Shown piece after piece: positions 12,052 to 40,090 of a stretch of 64,000 bases of DNA (positions are counted from its first letter, which is position 1; each line of letters opens with the position of its first letter). The position numbers and the translations under genes were made by a program. Origin of the DNA: Amoebidium appalachense (lineage: Eukaryota; Protista; Ichthyosporea); contig CAVNZM010000009.1 of assembly GCA_963693365.1 (NCBI GenBank), positions 5,276,245 through 5,340,244 on the forward strand, written 5' to 3'. Below the pieces are notes generated by a model. That model was not told the DNA's origin. It did not search any database and saw only the letters and a program-made list of their open reading frames with translations.

Positions 12052-12286
12052 GTGACTACGTCCCAGGATCGATGTGGCGGCTTTTTATCGTGCGTGGTTG
12101 GATCGGATTGGCGCACAGCAGGCCGCTGCCGGAAATTAAATGGCTCAACACTCTCAACCGTTTTCTTTTTTGTTTTGGAATTTTCATGGTTTACAATCCC
12201 CGCCATTGCAAAACATTTTCGACTCTGTTCGTACCTATTCTTTTGTTGTTCTTGCCGAGACATGGTTCTATAATCATCATCGGTTG

Positions 12287-12546
12287 TGTATGAGCGAGAT
12301 ATACGGGAGATACCCCGTACACTAGAACCCCCCTCATCCTCATGCGCCCCCCAATATAGACGCGCTACACGCCTGTCTCAGATTGTCACATATATCTCCT
12401 CTTCTCCTCTTCTCTTGTTGTCGTGTCTGACGTGTACTACGCGCTGCCGAGTGTGCAATACAGGCGACTGCCACCTACGCACAGGTCCGTGTCCCCCTTT
12501 GCCTGTCGTGCCCACTTGCTAGCGTGCCTAGTAGCACGTTCATACA
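12287..12546. mobile_element. 260-bp solo LTR (or LTR-like insertion) with 4-bp TSD GTTG
   Basis: Termini TGTATGAGCG...CGTTCATACA are a 9/10 inverted match with TG..CA ends. GTTG flanks both sides (12283-12286, 12547-12550). Excision restores the APE frame (NHHRL|EQSGF). Confidence 0.85.
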
Positions 12547-13385
12547 GTTGGAGCAATCCGGATTTTTGATTGGGTCTTCGTCATCGACTGGTTTCTCCCG
12601 AGGCGGCATCGCAGCTTTAGCCAATCCTAGCATTCGCTCGGATTGCAGGGTCATTGCGGCACATGAGTATTTCGTCACCATTCAGTTTCGTGCGTGGACT
12701 TTGTCTTTCGTGTACTTTCCTCCATCGTTATGTACTGACACTTTGTCAGCCGTGGTTAACCAAATTCCCGTTTCTAAAGTTTTTATGGGTGACTTCAATT
12801 GTCCGGTGGTTCCGTGTGATAGGGAACATACCCCGTCCCCAGCGCAGTTTCGTCCTTTTTCTGACCGTGCTCGTGTCCTTGCCAACCTTCTTCGAAAGCA
12901 CCTTGTCCGTCTTCCTCGCGTTTTCGCTAACCACGCGACTGACTGGGGTGCCTCGTTTTGGGACTCCACCCTTCGAGTAATTTCCCCACCCGATTCCTTA
13001 CGGCGTAGTTCGGACCATTCCCCTGTAGAATTTTCGGTTTCCTTCCCTGTTCACTTCGGCGGGGCTACTCAGACTAACCGCCGCCTCCTATCTCGCGATT
13101 TCAAGCACAAGTTAAACCAGTTACTCGCCGTCAAGGAGTATGAGTCGATTCATGGCTTCTTTCTTGCCGCAGTGCGCGACGCCTGTGCGCAGCGGAACCC
13201 GGCTATTTTGGAGGTTTGTTATAATGAGTTTGTTGAGTTTCTGTTTGCCCTTGGCCCGGCGAGCAGGTGGTGGGCACGGTTGAGTGCCCTTCCGTTCGGC
13301 TGAGACAGTCTCACGTTTTGCAGTCCCTACGACAGTTGTTGCCTCTACAGGAAGCATTCGGTCTGGAAATCCGCCGGTCGGTTTG

Positions 13386-14131
13386 TGTTGTTTTGTACGG
13401 GTCTAAGGGAGCAGAGTGCACAGAGGTGTCATGTAAAACACGACTAACACATTAATGAGAGGGCAATCGGAGTTGTTCACGAGACATTGAAAGATTTCAA
13501 ACAACAACTGAATCTTTATTGTGCTCTCGGTTCCTTTTGTACTTGCGACTTATCACCTTATCACAACTAAAGAGGGAGAACCAATCGGTTCTATCAGAAG
13601 ATAGAAAAACACATTCCGACAGAGCATACGCATTCCAACTTCCGATTAAACTAAAGTGTAGAAACTCTTACTTAAATAAATTAAGTAATTATACATCTAG
13701 TCACTATTAACTCACATATATATTTATGTTCGTCTCTATAAAGAAACTTATTTAAATACATATATTTCCTAACAGTCGACACTCTCAAAGTGAAGACACT
13801 TTGCAATAAACCGAATTCCATATATATCTATTGTCCAATCACAACACACATATATTAACAGACAGGAATGCACAACACAATCTACAGATGTACTCGCTCG
13901 CGACTATTGGCGAGCCATCCTTTTGAGAACAAAACTAGGCCATTTTGAAATAAAGGAAAGACAACGAGTGAGGCTAGTCAATCACGCTACCTCTCAGATA
14001 AACAGAGGAGAGCAAACAGAAATAAAAACACAATAAGTTCTTATCAGGCAAGAGAGCCAGGTGTGCACAGATCTACAGATATCTGTGCCCACAGAAACAA
14101 GGGAGAGAGAGATACGGGGGGGGGGGGGGGG

Positions 14132-14213
<82 letters not shown>

Positions 14214-14308
14214 ACAAAGAGGGAAAGCAGACACGAATACAAACAAGCTAGGACACATACATACTCCAAGGCTCTTGCTGTCATACTACATGGTGACGTA
14301 TTCCAACA
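13386..14308 (-). repeat. 3' LTR of copia B
   Basis: Direct repeat of 19580-20501, preceded on the minus strand by PPT GAGTGGGGA (14317-14309). Contains poly-G and (GA)n tracts. Confidence 0.95.
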
Positions 14309-15035
14309 TCCCCACTCAAGGGGTTGAAGTTTGTGTTCTCGTGTCTGTTGATGTGACGGTAGACGAGGTCCAAACACAGGAGGGGCCGTCACACTCAAGT
14401 TTCCCCACTCGAGGATGCAAACCGAAGATCCTTGAGGTGGGAAGGAGAGAATCAAAACTGAAGAGGCACACAACGACGGTTGCCTCTGAAGACTCGAAAT
14501 AAGAAATCATGGTGGTTATCGGCGATATATATATATATATATATATATAGGAAATACTAGTGTATGTGTGACGTGTTGGTGGAGTAATGGTTTATACTGG
14601 GGACCACCCAGGTAAACACAAGGCATGAACATCTTGTGGACTGATTTATAGACTGGTGGTCAACCAGTTAAGACACGTGGAAGGTGCATCCCGTGGACTA
14701 GGTTTAGACTGGCAGTCAACCAGCACGTCATGGCTATAGATAATTATTTATACTGGGACGCCATCCCAGTTCGACATATATATAAGTCGAATATAGAAGA
14801 AAACCAATATATATGGTGGGATATGAATATAAATAAACGACGGATGGTGGAGAATAATTCCCACTGAAGATGCACACATATGACGATGTAAGACTGAGTC
14901 CCCACTGATGAAGAGAAACGATGAGGAGTAGTAGACTTTCGTTGGGAGGCATCTTGATCACCGTAGGTGTGTCAACTGCTGTCCAGGGCCCCAACCTACT
15001 CAGAAACCACTCGATGATGAACACCAGTGCACGGG

Positions 15036-18000
15036 TCAGTCACGGAGACTGAGGTTGGCACGGTGTGTGTCGTGGGCCGGACCAGCCAGAGGCTTGGTGA
15101 AGATGTCGGCCAGGTTCTTCTTGGTGTCGATGTAGGTGACAGTGACGTCCCCACTGTTGATGTAGGTAGTCCTTGGTGTTGAAGTAACGAACGGCAATGT
15201 GCTTGGTCCGGTGCTTGATGGTGTTGGAGTGGACCAGAGCAATGGTGGACTGATTGTCACAGTACACGGGGGTGGGCTCGGTCATGGGGTAGCCCAGCTC
15301 CTTGAGTAGATCACGGTGCCAGACAACATCTTGCACGGCAGCATTGAGGGCCAGGAGCTCGGCCTCACAGGTGGAAGTTGCAGTGATCGTCTGCAGCTTG
15401 GAGTGGTAGGTGACGGGGGTGCCTTCGAGGAGGATGACGTACCCAGACGTGGAACGACGGGTGGTGGGGCAACCAGCAAAGTCAGAATCCGAGTAGCACT
15501 CAAGGATGGGCACCTTGCTGTTGGGGGCCTTCTTTGTGTAGTAGAGGCCGAGGTTGATGGTGCCGAGCAGGTAACGAACGACACGGAGGAGAAGCTCCCA
15601 GGCAGTCTTGGTGGGCTTGGAGCTGAATCGGCCGAGGTAGCCAATGGCATACGAGATGTCAGGCCGGGAGCACCGAGCAACCCACAGCAGCCGGCCGAGG
15701 AGTTCACGGTAGGGGACGGTGGTGGGCAGGGATGAGAGGGAGGTCTCGTTGATGATGGTGCCCACGGGAATAGGGGTGGCCTTAGGCTTGGCATCGACCA
15801 GGTTGAAGTCGGTGATGATGTCCTTGATGTAGGAGGACTGCAGCAGCTTGAGGGAGTCACGGGTGTACAGCAGTTGGGTGCCGAGGAAGATGTCTGGCAG
15901 ACCGACCTTGCACTCGGCAGACTTCGTGATGTGACGAACAAGCCCCTGCATGATGGTGGAGTTCCGTGTGCAGGTGATGATGGCATCATCAACGTAGTTG
16001 CCCGAACGGATGATGTGCCCGTTGGGGAACTGACGGAAGTAGACACACGGATCGGAACGGAGACGGGTGAGGCCGTGGGCAATGAGAATGGAGTTGAAGA
16101 ACTCGTACCATGCCAGGGATGCCTGCTTGAGTCCGTAGATGGCCTTCTTGAGTTTCCAGACTTTGTGTTCATTGCCAGGGAGGATAAAACCAGGAGGTTG
16201 CTCCATGTACAAAGTCTCGTCGAGGGGGCTGTTGAGGAAGGCCGTGCTGATGTCGAGTTGATGGATCTCGTGGTCCTGTTGCACACCGAGGGCAAGCAGG
16301 GCACGGACGGAGGAGGACATGACGACGGGGGAAGAGTTTTCACCGTAGTCAACACCGTAGACTTGGGTGAAACCCTTGGCCACACCACGACCCTTGATCT
16401 TGGTGTCACCAGCAGAGTTGAGGACCTTCTCCGTGACAATCCACTTGAATCGGATGATGTTGGCATCGGAGGGGGGCTCAACTACGTCGAAGATGTCCTT
16501 GTCGATGAAAGCCTTGTACTCGGCAGTGAGGGCAGTCACCACTTCATCACCCTTGGTGCCAGAGCACAGCTTCTGAATTGACCGGGGCAGCTGAGACACA
16601 TCAAGGCTGGGTCGGGAGATGCTTACCATAGCCATAGCCGGCCGGGAGGAGAGACGGGAGGAACGACGGGGAACGGTACGGAGGGGCTCAGGGGCCGGGG
16701 GGTTGTCTGGGACAGACACTCGGTGGTCGGGGATGGGGGCCTGGAAGCCAGGGATGGGTGCCGTGTTGAGGGGGGAGTCGGATAACACGGGGCTGGACGG
16801 GGCCGAGTGGAACTCCGGAGACCCAGGACGAACCGGGGTGAGATGACCAGGTACGTGGTCATTGACGGCAGGGGCCGGCAGCAGGGGTTGCTGACCGGTG
16901 GGGGGGGGGGGTGGGTGGAGCCACGGGGGCAGGTACACGACGGGGGGAACGACGGATAATCACCGACGGAATTTCATCGTCATCGGAATTGGAATTTCCG
17001 GAATGCAGGGATGAATCGATTGAGGTCGTCTGATTGGTGGCCTGCACAGAAATCTGATTGGATGCCGTGGTGAATTGTGATTCGTCGAAGACGACATCGC
17101 GGTAGAGGTTGACCGTGTTGCCACGTAGATTCATGATCTTGTGGGCTTTGTTGGTGATATCCCAGCCCACGTAGGTGCCGAGTTTGACGGTAGAGGCCAA
17201 CTTGTCTCGTTTGGATGCAGGGACGTGTACATAGGCTGGGCAGCCGAACACGTGCAGGTGGGAGATGTCAGGCTTGACACCGTAGAAAATTTCAAACGGT
17301 GTACGGCCATTGGCAGCTCTGGCCGGGGTCACGTTGATGATGTAGGCAGCATGCTTGAGAGCAGCTCCCCACAGTTTGGGGGAAAGGGAGTCGGCCTTGT
17401 CCTGATGAAGGAAGCACCGAACGATCTCCTGCAGATCCCTCATCTTACGTTCAACGAAGCCGTTGAGTTGGGGGCAGTCAACCGGGGCAAATTCCTGAAT
17501 GATGCCCTTGGACTGGCAGTACTGCTCCATAGCGTGGGAGGTGAACTCGGACCCAGAGTCTGAACGGAAGTGGGTCACCACCTTGTCGGGTTGCTTGTCA
17601 GTAGTCTCAACCAGGGCCTTGACGTATTCGAGAGTTTCGGATCGATCACGGAGGAGGTACACGATGGTGTAGCCGGAGGCATCACAGGTACACACGAGGG
17701 CCACCTTGTAGCCACCATAGGAGGCACAGGGAGGCTCGAAGAAGTCCATGTGCCACTTGGCACCGGGGAAGGGGCACTGGGTTCTGGTGCCGGAGAATGG
17801 GGCCTTGGTGGTCTTGCCGGAGACACAACCGAAGCAGTCAGTGGTGTCAGCCACTGAGAGGGATGAGGGGAGGCCTGTCACGAGGTCACCTCTCACCATC
17901 TTGGTGAGGGTGGACAGGGCACGATGGCCGAGACGGTGGTGCCAGAGCTGAGGATCATTGTTGACCTTGACGTTGGCTACCAGAGCAGTGACGGTCCGAG

Positions 18001-19461
18001 GGATGGAGGGACGTATCTCATAGTCAGTGATGAAGTACAGTCCATCTGTGCCTGTGAGGGAACACACGATGTTGCCACCACGAGTGTAGAGGTATGATGG
18101 GAATGCATCCTCATCATCGAGGTGGGCAAGGAGACCCGACTTGGAGGCCATTGAGGGTGATATCAGGAAGGCTGGGGAGTCGGGTACATAGAGGGTGTTG
18201 AGGCTCAGTACTGATGTTACTCCGTTGTAGGTGACGGCCAGGTTGATGACACCACGGTGATGTGCAGTGACGATGCCGAGGCCGTGGACGTCAGTCGGGG
18301 GGCATGGCTCAAGAGTAGAGAAGTACTCTTTTACTGGGCACACGTGGACGTTTGAAGCCGAGTCCCAGCAGGGGTCCATGGGTAGGGAGGCCGTGGTGGA
18401 CACGAGGGCAAAATGCACCTCTTTTCCAGACTTGGTGTTGGCACGGTGACGACGGGCAATTGAGCAGCCAGGTTTGTCACACTGTGTGACATGATGGTCT
18501 TCGTGACAGTAGGCACAGTCGAGGGAGCCAGTTGTCTTGGCTCGGGGGGGCTGGTAATGACGGTTACCCCCTTTACGTTGGGGGTAGGGTGACCGGGAAC
18601 GATAGCCGGGGGAACGGGACCGTGAGTAATCACGGTCAACTGAGGGGGATCGATCGGTGGGACGACCGCGGGGGTGACGGGAGACGGAGCTGTCACGTCG
18701 GGGGATCCGGTGTCTGAGGTCGTCCTTGTGAGTACACGGCTTTGCAGGGCACGTGCTGTTCGGACGGTGGAGGAGGACCCGGACCCAGAGTCGATGAGAC
18801 CTTCACGGATCTCTGCAGCTCTGATGTCACTGATTAGACGGTTGTAGGTCTCGTAGTTAATGGTACGACGGAAGTAGTCGGCAATCATGGCCTGGATGTC
18901 GGTACAAACTAACTTACGGTTCTTCTTGAGGTGGATGAAGAAGTTATCAACCATAGTCTTGTGAGGAATGGGCTCTTCGAGGATGTGCAGGGTAGTGCAC
19001 AGACGGCGTGCCATGGTGAGGTAGGCCGTGACGGTCTTGAAGTCTTTGAGTTCAAGCTCATGGTAGTCGAGGAGGATTTGACGAGCACGATCTTCACGTT
19101 CAGCCGCATAGGTCATACGGAGGTTGTGGAAAGCTTGGGCAGGTGACACATCATCGTGGATTTGACCAGAGTTATACAGCTCATCATTGGAGACGAGTTG
19201 AGTAAACATCTGTTCAAGGAGGTTGGAAGCCTCGGTGTAGGCCTCCTCAGTGTCGTAGCCGTGCCACTCATTCTCGTCGGAAGGGTCGACCCACTCGGGG
19301 GCCTTGATGACGGGCACTAACTTGGCCGCGGTGGTGGTACGTAGGTACCGGAAGATGACGGGTTCCCACTCATAATAGGTGAGACGTTTGCCGGACTTCT
19401 TGTCCGTGGTGTCATCCCCTTTCCAGGGGGTGAGGTTGAGATACGCAGGTTTCTCCGACAT
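15036..19461 (-). CDS. Copia B gag-pol polyprotein, with frameshifts near 18700-18745, ~16905 and ~15165
   Basis: Gag, zinc knuckle CAYCHEDHHVTQC, protease WDSASNVH, LWHHRLGH...CFGC, integrase RSDSGSEF/NGFVER, RT YVDD and RNase H ADIFTKPL. The pieces fall in different frames in this assembly. Confidence 0.9.
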
Positions 19462-19566
19462 GGTGATCAATCAGTCAGATGCTGCGTGAGAGAGGAATCA
19501 GATCGGTATTCAAATTTGAATATTTTTGATTGCAGCGAGAGTATGTGTTGCGAGAGCGTGCGAAAA

Positions 19567-19579
19567 TGGGCCTTTAACC
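19567..19579 (-). promoter_or_regulatory. Primer binding site of copia B, half-tRNA (Hemivirus) type variant GGTTAAAGGCCCA
   Basis: Immediately follows the 5' LTR end and is 11/13 identical to the Drosophila copia-type PBS GGTTATGGGCCCA. Confidence 0.7.
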
Positions 19580-20333
19580 TGTTGTTTTGTACGGGTCTAA
19601 GGGAGCAGAGTGCACAGAGGTGTCATGTAAAACACGACTAACACATTAATGAGAGGGCAATCGGAGTTGTTCACGAGACATTGAAAGATTTCAAACAACA
19701 ACTGAATCTTTATTGTGCTCTCGGTTCCTTTTGTACTTGCGACTTATCACCTTATCACAACTAAAGAGGGAGAACCAATCGGTTCTATCAGAAGATAGAA
19801 AAACACATTCCGACAGAGCATACGCATTCCAACTTCCGATTAAACTAAAGTGTAGAAACTCTTACTTAAATAAATTAAGTAATTATACATCTAGTCACTA
19901 TTAACTCACATATATATTTATGTTCGTCTCTATAAAGAAACTTATTTAAATACATATATTTCCTAACAGTCGACACTCTCAAAGTGAAGACACTTTGCAA
20001 TAAACCGAATTCCATATATATCTATTGTCCAATCACAACACACATATTAACAGACAGGAATGCACAACACAATCTACAGATGTACTCGCTCGCGACTATT
20101 GGCGAGCCATCCTTTTGAGAACAAAACTAGGCCATTTTGAAATAAAGGAAAGACAACGAGTGAGGCTAGCCAATCACGCTACCTCTCAGATAAACAGAGG
20201 AGAGCAAACAGAAATAAAAACACAATAAGTTCTTATCAGGCAAGAGAGCCAGGTGTGCACAGATCTACAGATATCTGTGCCCACAGAAACAAGGGAGAGA
20301 GAGATACGGGGGGGGGGGGGGGGGGGGGGGGGG

Positions 20334-20409
<76 letters not shown>

Positions 20410-20501
20410 ACAAAGAGGGAAAGCAGACACGAATACAAACAAGCTAGGACACATACATACTTCAAGGCTCTTGCTGTCATACATGGTGACGTATTCCAAC
20501 A
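19580..20501 (-). repeat. 5' LTR of copia B
   Basis: Direct repeat of 13386-14308. By eye it differs by about two substitutions, two small indels and simple-repeat length. Confidence 0.95.
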
Positions 20502-22865
20502 GTTTGGGCCTTCCGTGCAAGTCTATGCCCCGTCTCCTTCCATCTCCGTCGCTGAATCCTTTGATGACTATTATGCTTCCCTATTTTCGCTTCCTAACGT
20601 GTCCACGGTTCCATCACCGCCCGCTGGCCTCTCCCAGCCGCCGAGTTGGGAGCCGGACCGATCATTCCCGGGCACTTTTCACAGTTATTTCAACTCTTCG
20701 GCTGTTTTTGGTGCTATACGGGCGTTAAAACCCCGCAAAGCGTGGGGGCCGGATGCTCTTCCTCCCGTGCTTTTCAAGGTTCTTTCTCCCGTTCTTCCGC
20801 CCCGTAATCGTGCAGAGTCCTCCCCGCCCCCGCCTTTTGCTGTCCTTCTTAGTGAGTTTTTTCCGGCTTTTTTCGAACTCGGGTCACGGTTTAGTCCAAA
20901 TTCGTGGCTTGACACAATCGTTACGCCCGTTCGTAAGAAGGTATCGCAGGGGCCGGGGTCATTAACGACTTTCGTCCCGTCACACTTACCAACGTTTTTT
21001 GTCGGCTCTTCGAGGGTTGCATGCTTCGCGCGTTTAACACCGACGATTCTTTAAACGCCGTGTTCCGTCTTTCTTCCCTTTAAGGAGGCTTTCGTCAATG
21101 CCTATTCGTGTTATACCCACAGCCTGTTACTCCATGAATCCATTACTTCTGGCTCTCCACGCGTTGCCTTCATCGGCCTTAAGAACGCCTACGACACCGT
21201 ACCCACTGGCTTGTTATGGCATAAGTTGGCTATGCGGGGCTTACCAGCCCCCTTTGGCCGTCTTCTGCAAGCGCTGTTCGATACCACTCGCGGACGAGCG
21301 GCGGTCAATGGAACATTAACACCTGGTTTTTCCCGTTCTCGGGGTCTTCTGCAGGGGTCCCTCCTGAGTCCGTTGTTGTTTGACGTTTTCATTGACGATT
21401 TAGCCTGCGCCCTCGAAATCTTTGGCCAACTGCATACCCGCCGTGTACCGGGTCTCCTTTTTGCGGACGATATTGTTCTTTGTTCCTTAACCGAAGATGT
21501 CATGCACCAGATGCTTCGTCAGGTGGATCAATGGTGCACCGAGAATCCGACTCATGACAGTCGGAATAAGTGTGCTACTTTTTCGGAAAACGCTTCGTTT
21601 CGATTGGCCAGTCTTCCTATTCCTGTTCAGAGCACCTATGACTATTTGGGTATTCCTTTTACTGCACGGGGTAATGATTTCCGCAAGCTCCTCACGGCAC
21701 GGATCGCTCGTGCGAAGGGTAAGCTTCACATCGTGTCAAATATGTTTCAACGGGAGTCTGTGATCCATCCTGCAAACCTTCTTCTCTACTATAAAACTTT
21801 TTTACGGCCGACTTTCGAATATGGACTTCCGCTATTCAAGTTGGCTGCGCCCCACCTCGCGAGGTGGCCGTGGCGCTGCAAGAGTTCGACGATTTTCAGG
21901 GTACTGTGCTGCGCACTTTGTTTCGTACTCGGTTTGTGCCTCCCTTAATCAGTATGTTTGGATTGTCGTCTGCTGTTTGTCGTATGGAGGAATTGTCGCT
22001 TCGTAAGTTTTTGTTTTCATTTAGTTAGGATACCTGATGGTCACCCTCTTTATGCTTTCTTTCCCCCCCTCCCTCCATCCCTCTTCCCCCCCAATTCACC
22101 AACGCTACCTCTGAATGTCCTCAGCCTACCCTCTTTCAACCTGATTCTTCCTCTCGCTATCTCACTCCCTCTTTCTTTTCTCTTCCTGTTTTTTCTGCCT
22201 TTTCAAGTTATTACCATACGCAGGTAGTACAAGTTTCTTTCTCGTTCTGATAGAGAAATCAAAGGTAAAACTCAGTCGGCATGTGTTATGTTCCTTAGGC
22301 AACACCGTAGTAACTGATCATTATCGCTTTTTGTGAGCTTTGGCAGGATATATTTCTCCTGCTGTACGTATGGACAACCACCCTAGTAGTTATTAAGTCT
22401 GTATGGTGCTCTGATGTTGATATTGCCTGGGAAGAAGTTGTGCAGCCTGAGTAGTGGCGTTGTAATTTTTGTTTCCATCGCCGCTGGTGCCACTTTTGTG
22501 CTGAACTTTTTAATTGCAAGCATGTTGATAGGTGTGAGTTTTTATGTCGCGTTTTACCTCTTTCCTTACGGGTGTCTGCTACACTGGCTGGCAAAGTGAC
22601 CACTTTAGACTTTTCGTTGAATTCTGTTGGTCGTCACATTGAGTATTTATATGATTTTCACACAGTGGTCAGGTATCTCAGTATGCACTTGTTACTGGAT
22701 AACTCGTGAAGTTTTTATTGTCTTCTCAGTATGCCGTGCATACTTGCATATCTTCCCGTTGAATAAATCCAGTCAAAAGAAGAAAACAAATACACACATA
22801 TGCATAACTTTGGGGTTGGGGGGGGGGTTCTCAGATACCCTGCCAGTTCCCGTTTTTTTTTTTTT

Positions 22866-22913
<48 letters not shown>

Positions 22914-23002
22914 AAGACTGAGCAAGGCCTCTTAGTTGGGTATGGGTATGAGCCAAGGTACAAACAAATCTGCAACACCATGTTCTTTGCTGAGAATCGA
23001 AA

Positions 23003-23132
23003 TGCAAAGCAAAGGCTATAGCCCCGGCGGGGTCGTGGGTGTAACGGGGATTAGTACTGTGAGTTGCGCTCTTGAACAGTTTATTCCATGAAGGCTGAAG
23101 TTCCATGGGCTGGTTGGGGAAGGGGGCCCCCG

Positions 23133-23183
<51 letters not shown>

Positions 23184-23333
23184 AAAGCAGTTGGTTTATA
23201 TGTTCGCCGACGTGCAAAGCAAAGGCTATAGCCCGGCGGGGTCGTGGGTGTAACGGGGAATAGTACTGTGAGTTGTACTCTTGAGCAGTTTATTCCATGA
23301 AGGCTTCCATGGGCTGGTTGGGGAAGGGGGCCC

Positions 23334-23367
<34 letters not shown>

Positions 23368-23403
23368 ATTTAAGCAGTTGGTTTATATGTTCGCCGACGT
23401 GCA
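23003..23403. repeat. Tandem duplication of a ~200-bp unit (23003-23216, 23213-23403)
   Basis: TGCAAAGCAAAGGCTATAGCCC...TATATGTTCGCCGACGTGCA occurs twice, with a shared TGCA at the junction and both ends. Confidence 0.9.
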
Positions 23404-23669
23404 TGGTTTGCAATGATCAAACTACTCGAAGCACGGCCCCGATTAAGCGCAACGTGGCATCGAATCAGTCAGCTAAGTTGCTTTCATTTTCGCTTTCAAT
23501 ATAGCTTTACACCTCCTGTACAACCGTAAGCGAGTCAATAAGACCAGTAAGCGACTTTAACATGATGACACGACAATTAGGGACAACATAACACATTCAT
23601 ACAGGTTGTACCGCAGAAACCACACACATTTCCATTCTTCATTCATAGATTTTCCTTCCACAGCAAGTT

Positions 23670-40090
<16,421 letters not shown>

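Larger units (their letters stand above)
13386..20501 (-). mobile_element. Full-length Ty1/copia LTR retrotransposon B (7.1 kb) with 5-bp TSD GTTTG
   Basis: Two near-identical LTRs (13386-14308 and 19580-20501) with TGTTG...CAACA ends. TSD GTTTG at 13381-13385 and 20502-20506. Domain order gag-PR-IN-RT-RH. Confidence 0.97.
12052..22790 (+). mobile_element. LINE (APE endonuclease + RT + C-terminal Cys/His domain), degenerate, interrupted by a solo LTR and copia B
   Basis: APE motifs FWNFHG, LAETW, RGGIA, VYFPP, MGDFN and SDHSPV at 12140-13303. RT motifs KAWGPDALP, YDTVP, RGLLQGSLLSPLLF, LFADDIV and YDYLGIPF at 20507-21950. Cys/His domain ends TGA 22709, followed by AATAAA at 22762 and an A-rich tail to ~22790. 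Several frameshifts and stops. Confidence 0.9.

Noticed and set aside
22341-22354. TGGCAGGATATATT, matching the first 14 nt of the Agrobacterium T-DNA border
   Set aside because: The rest of the 25-bp border does not match, there is no second border, and it lies within the LINE ORF2 remnant. Treated as chance.
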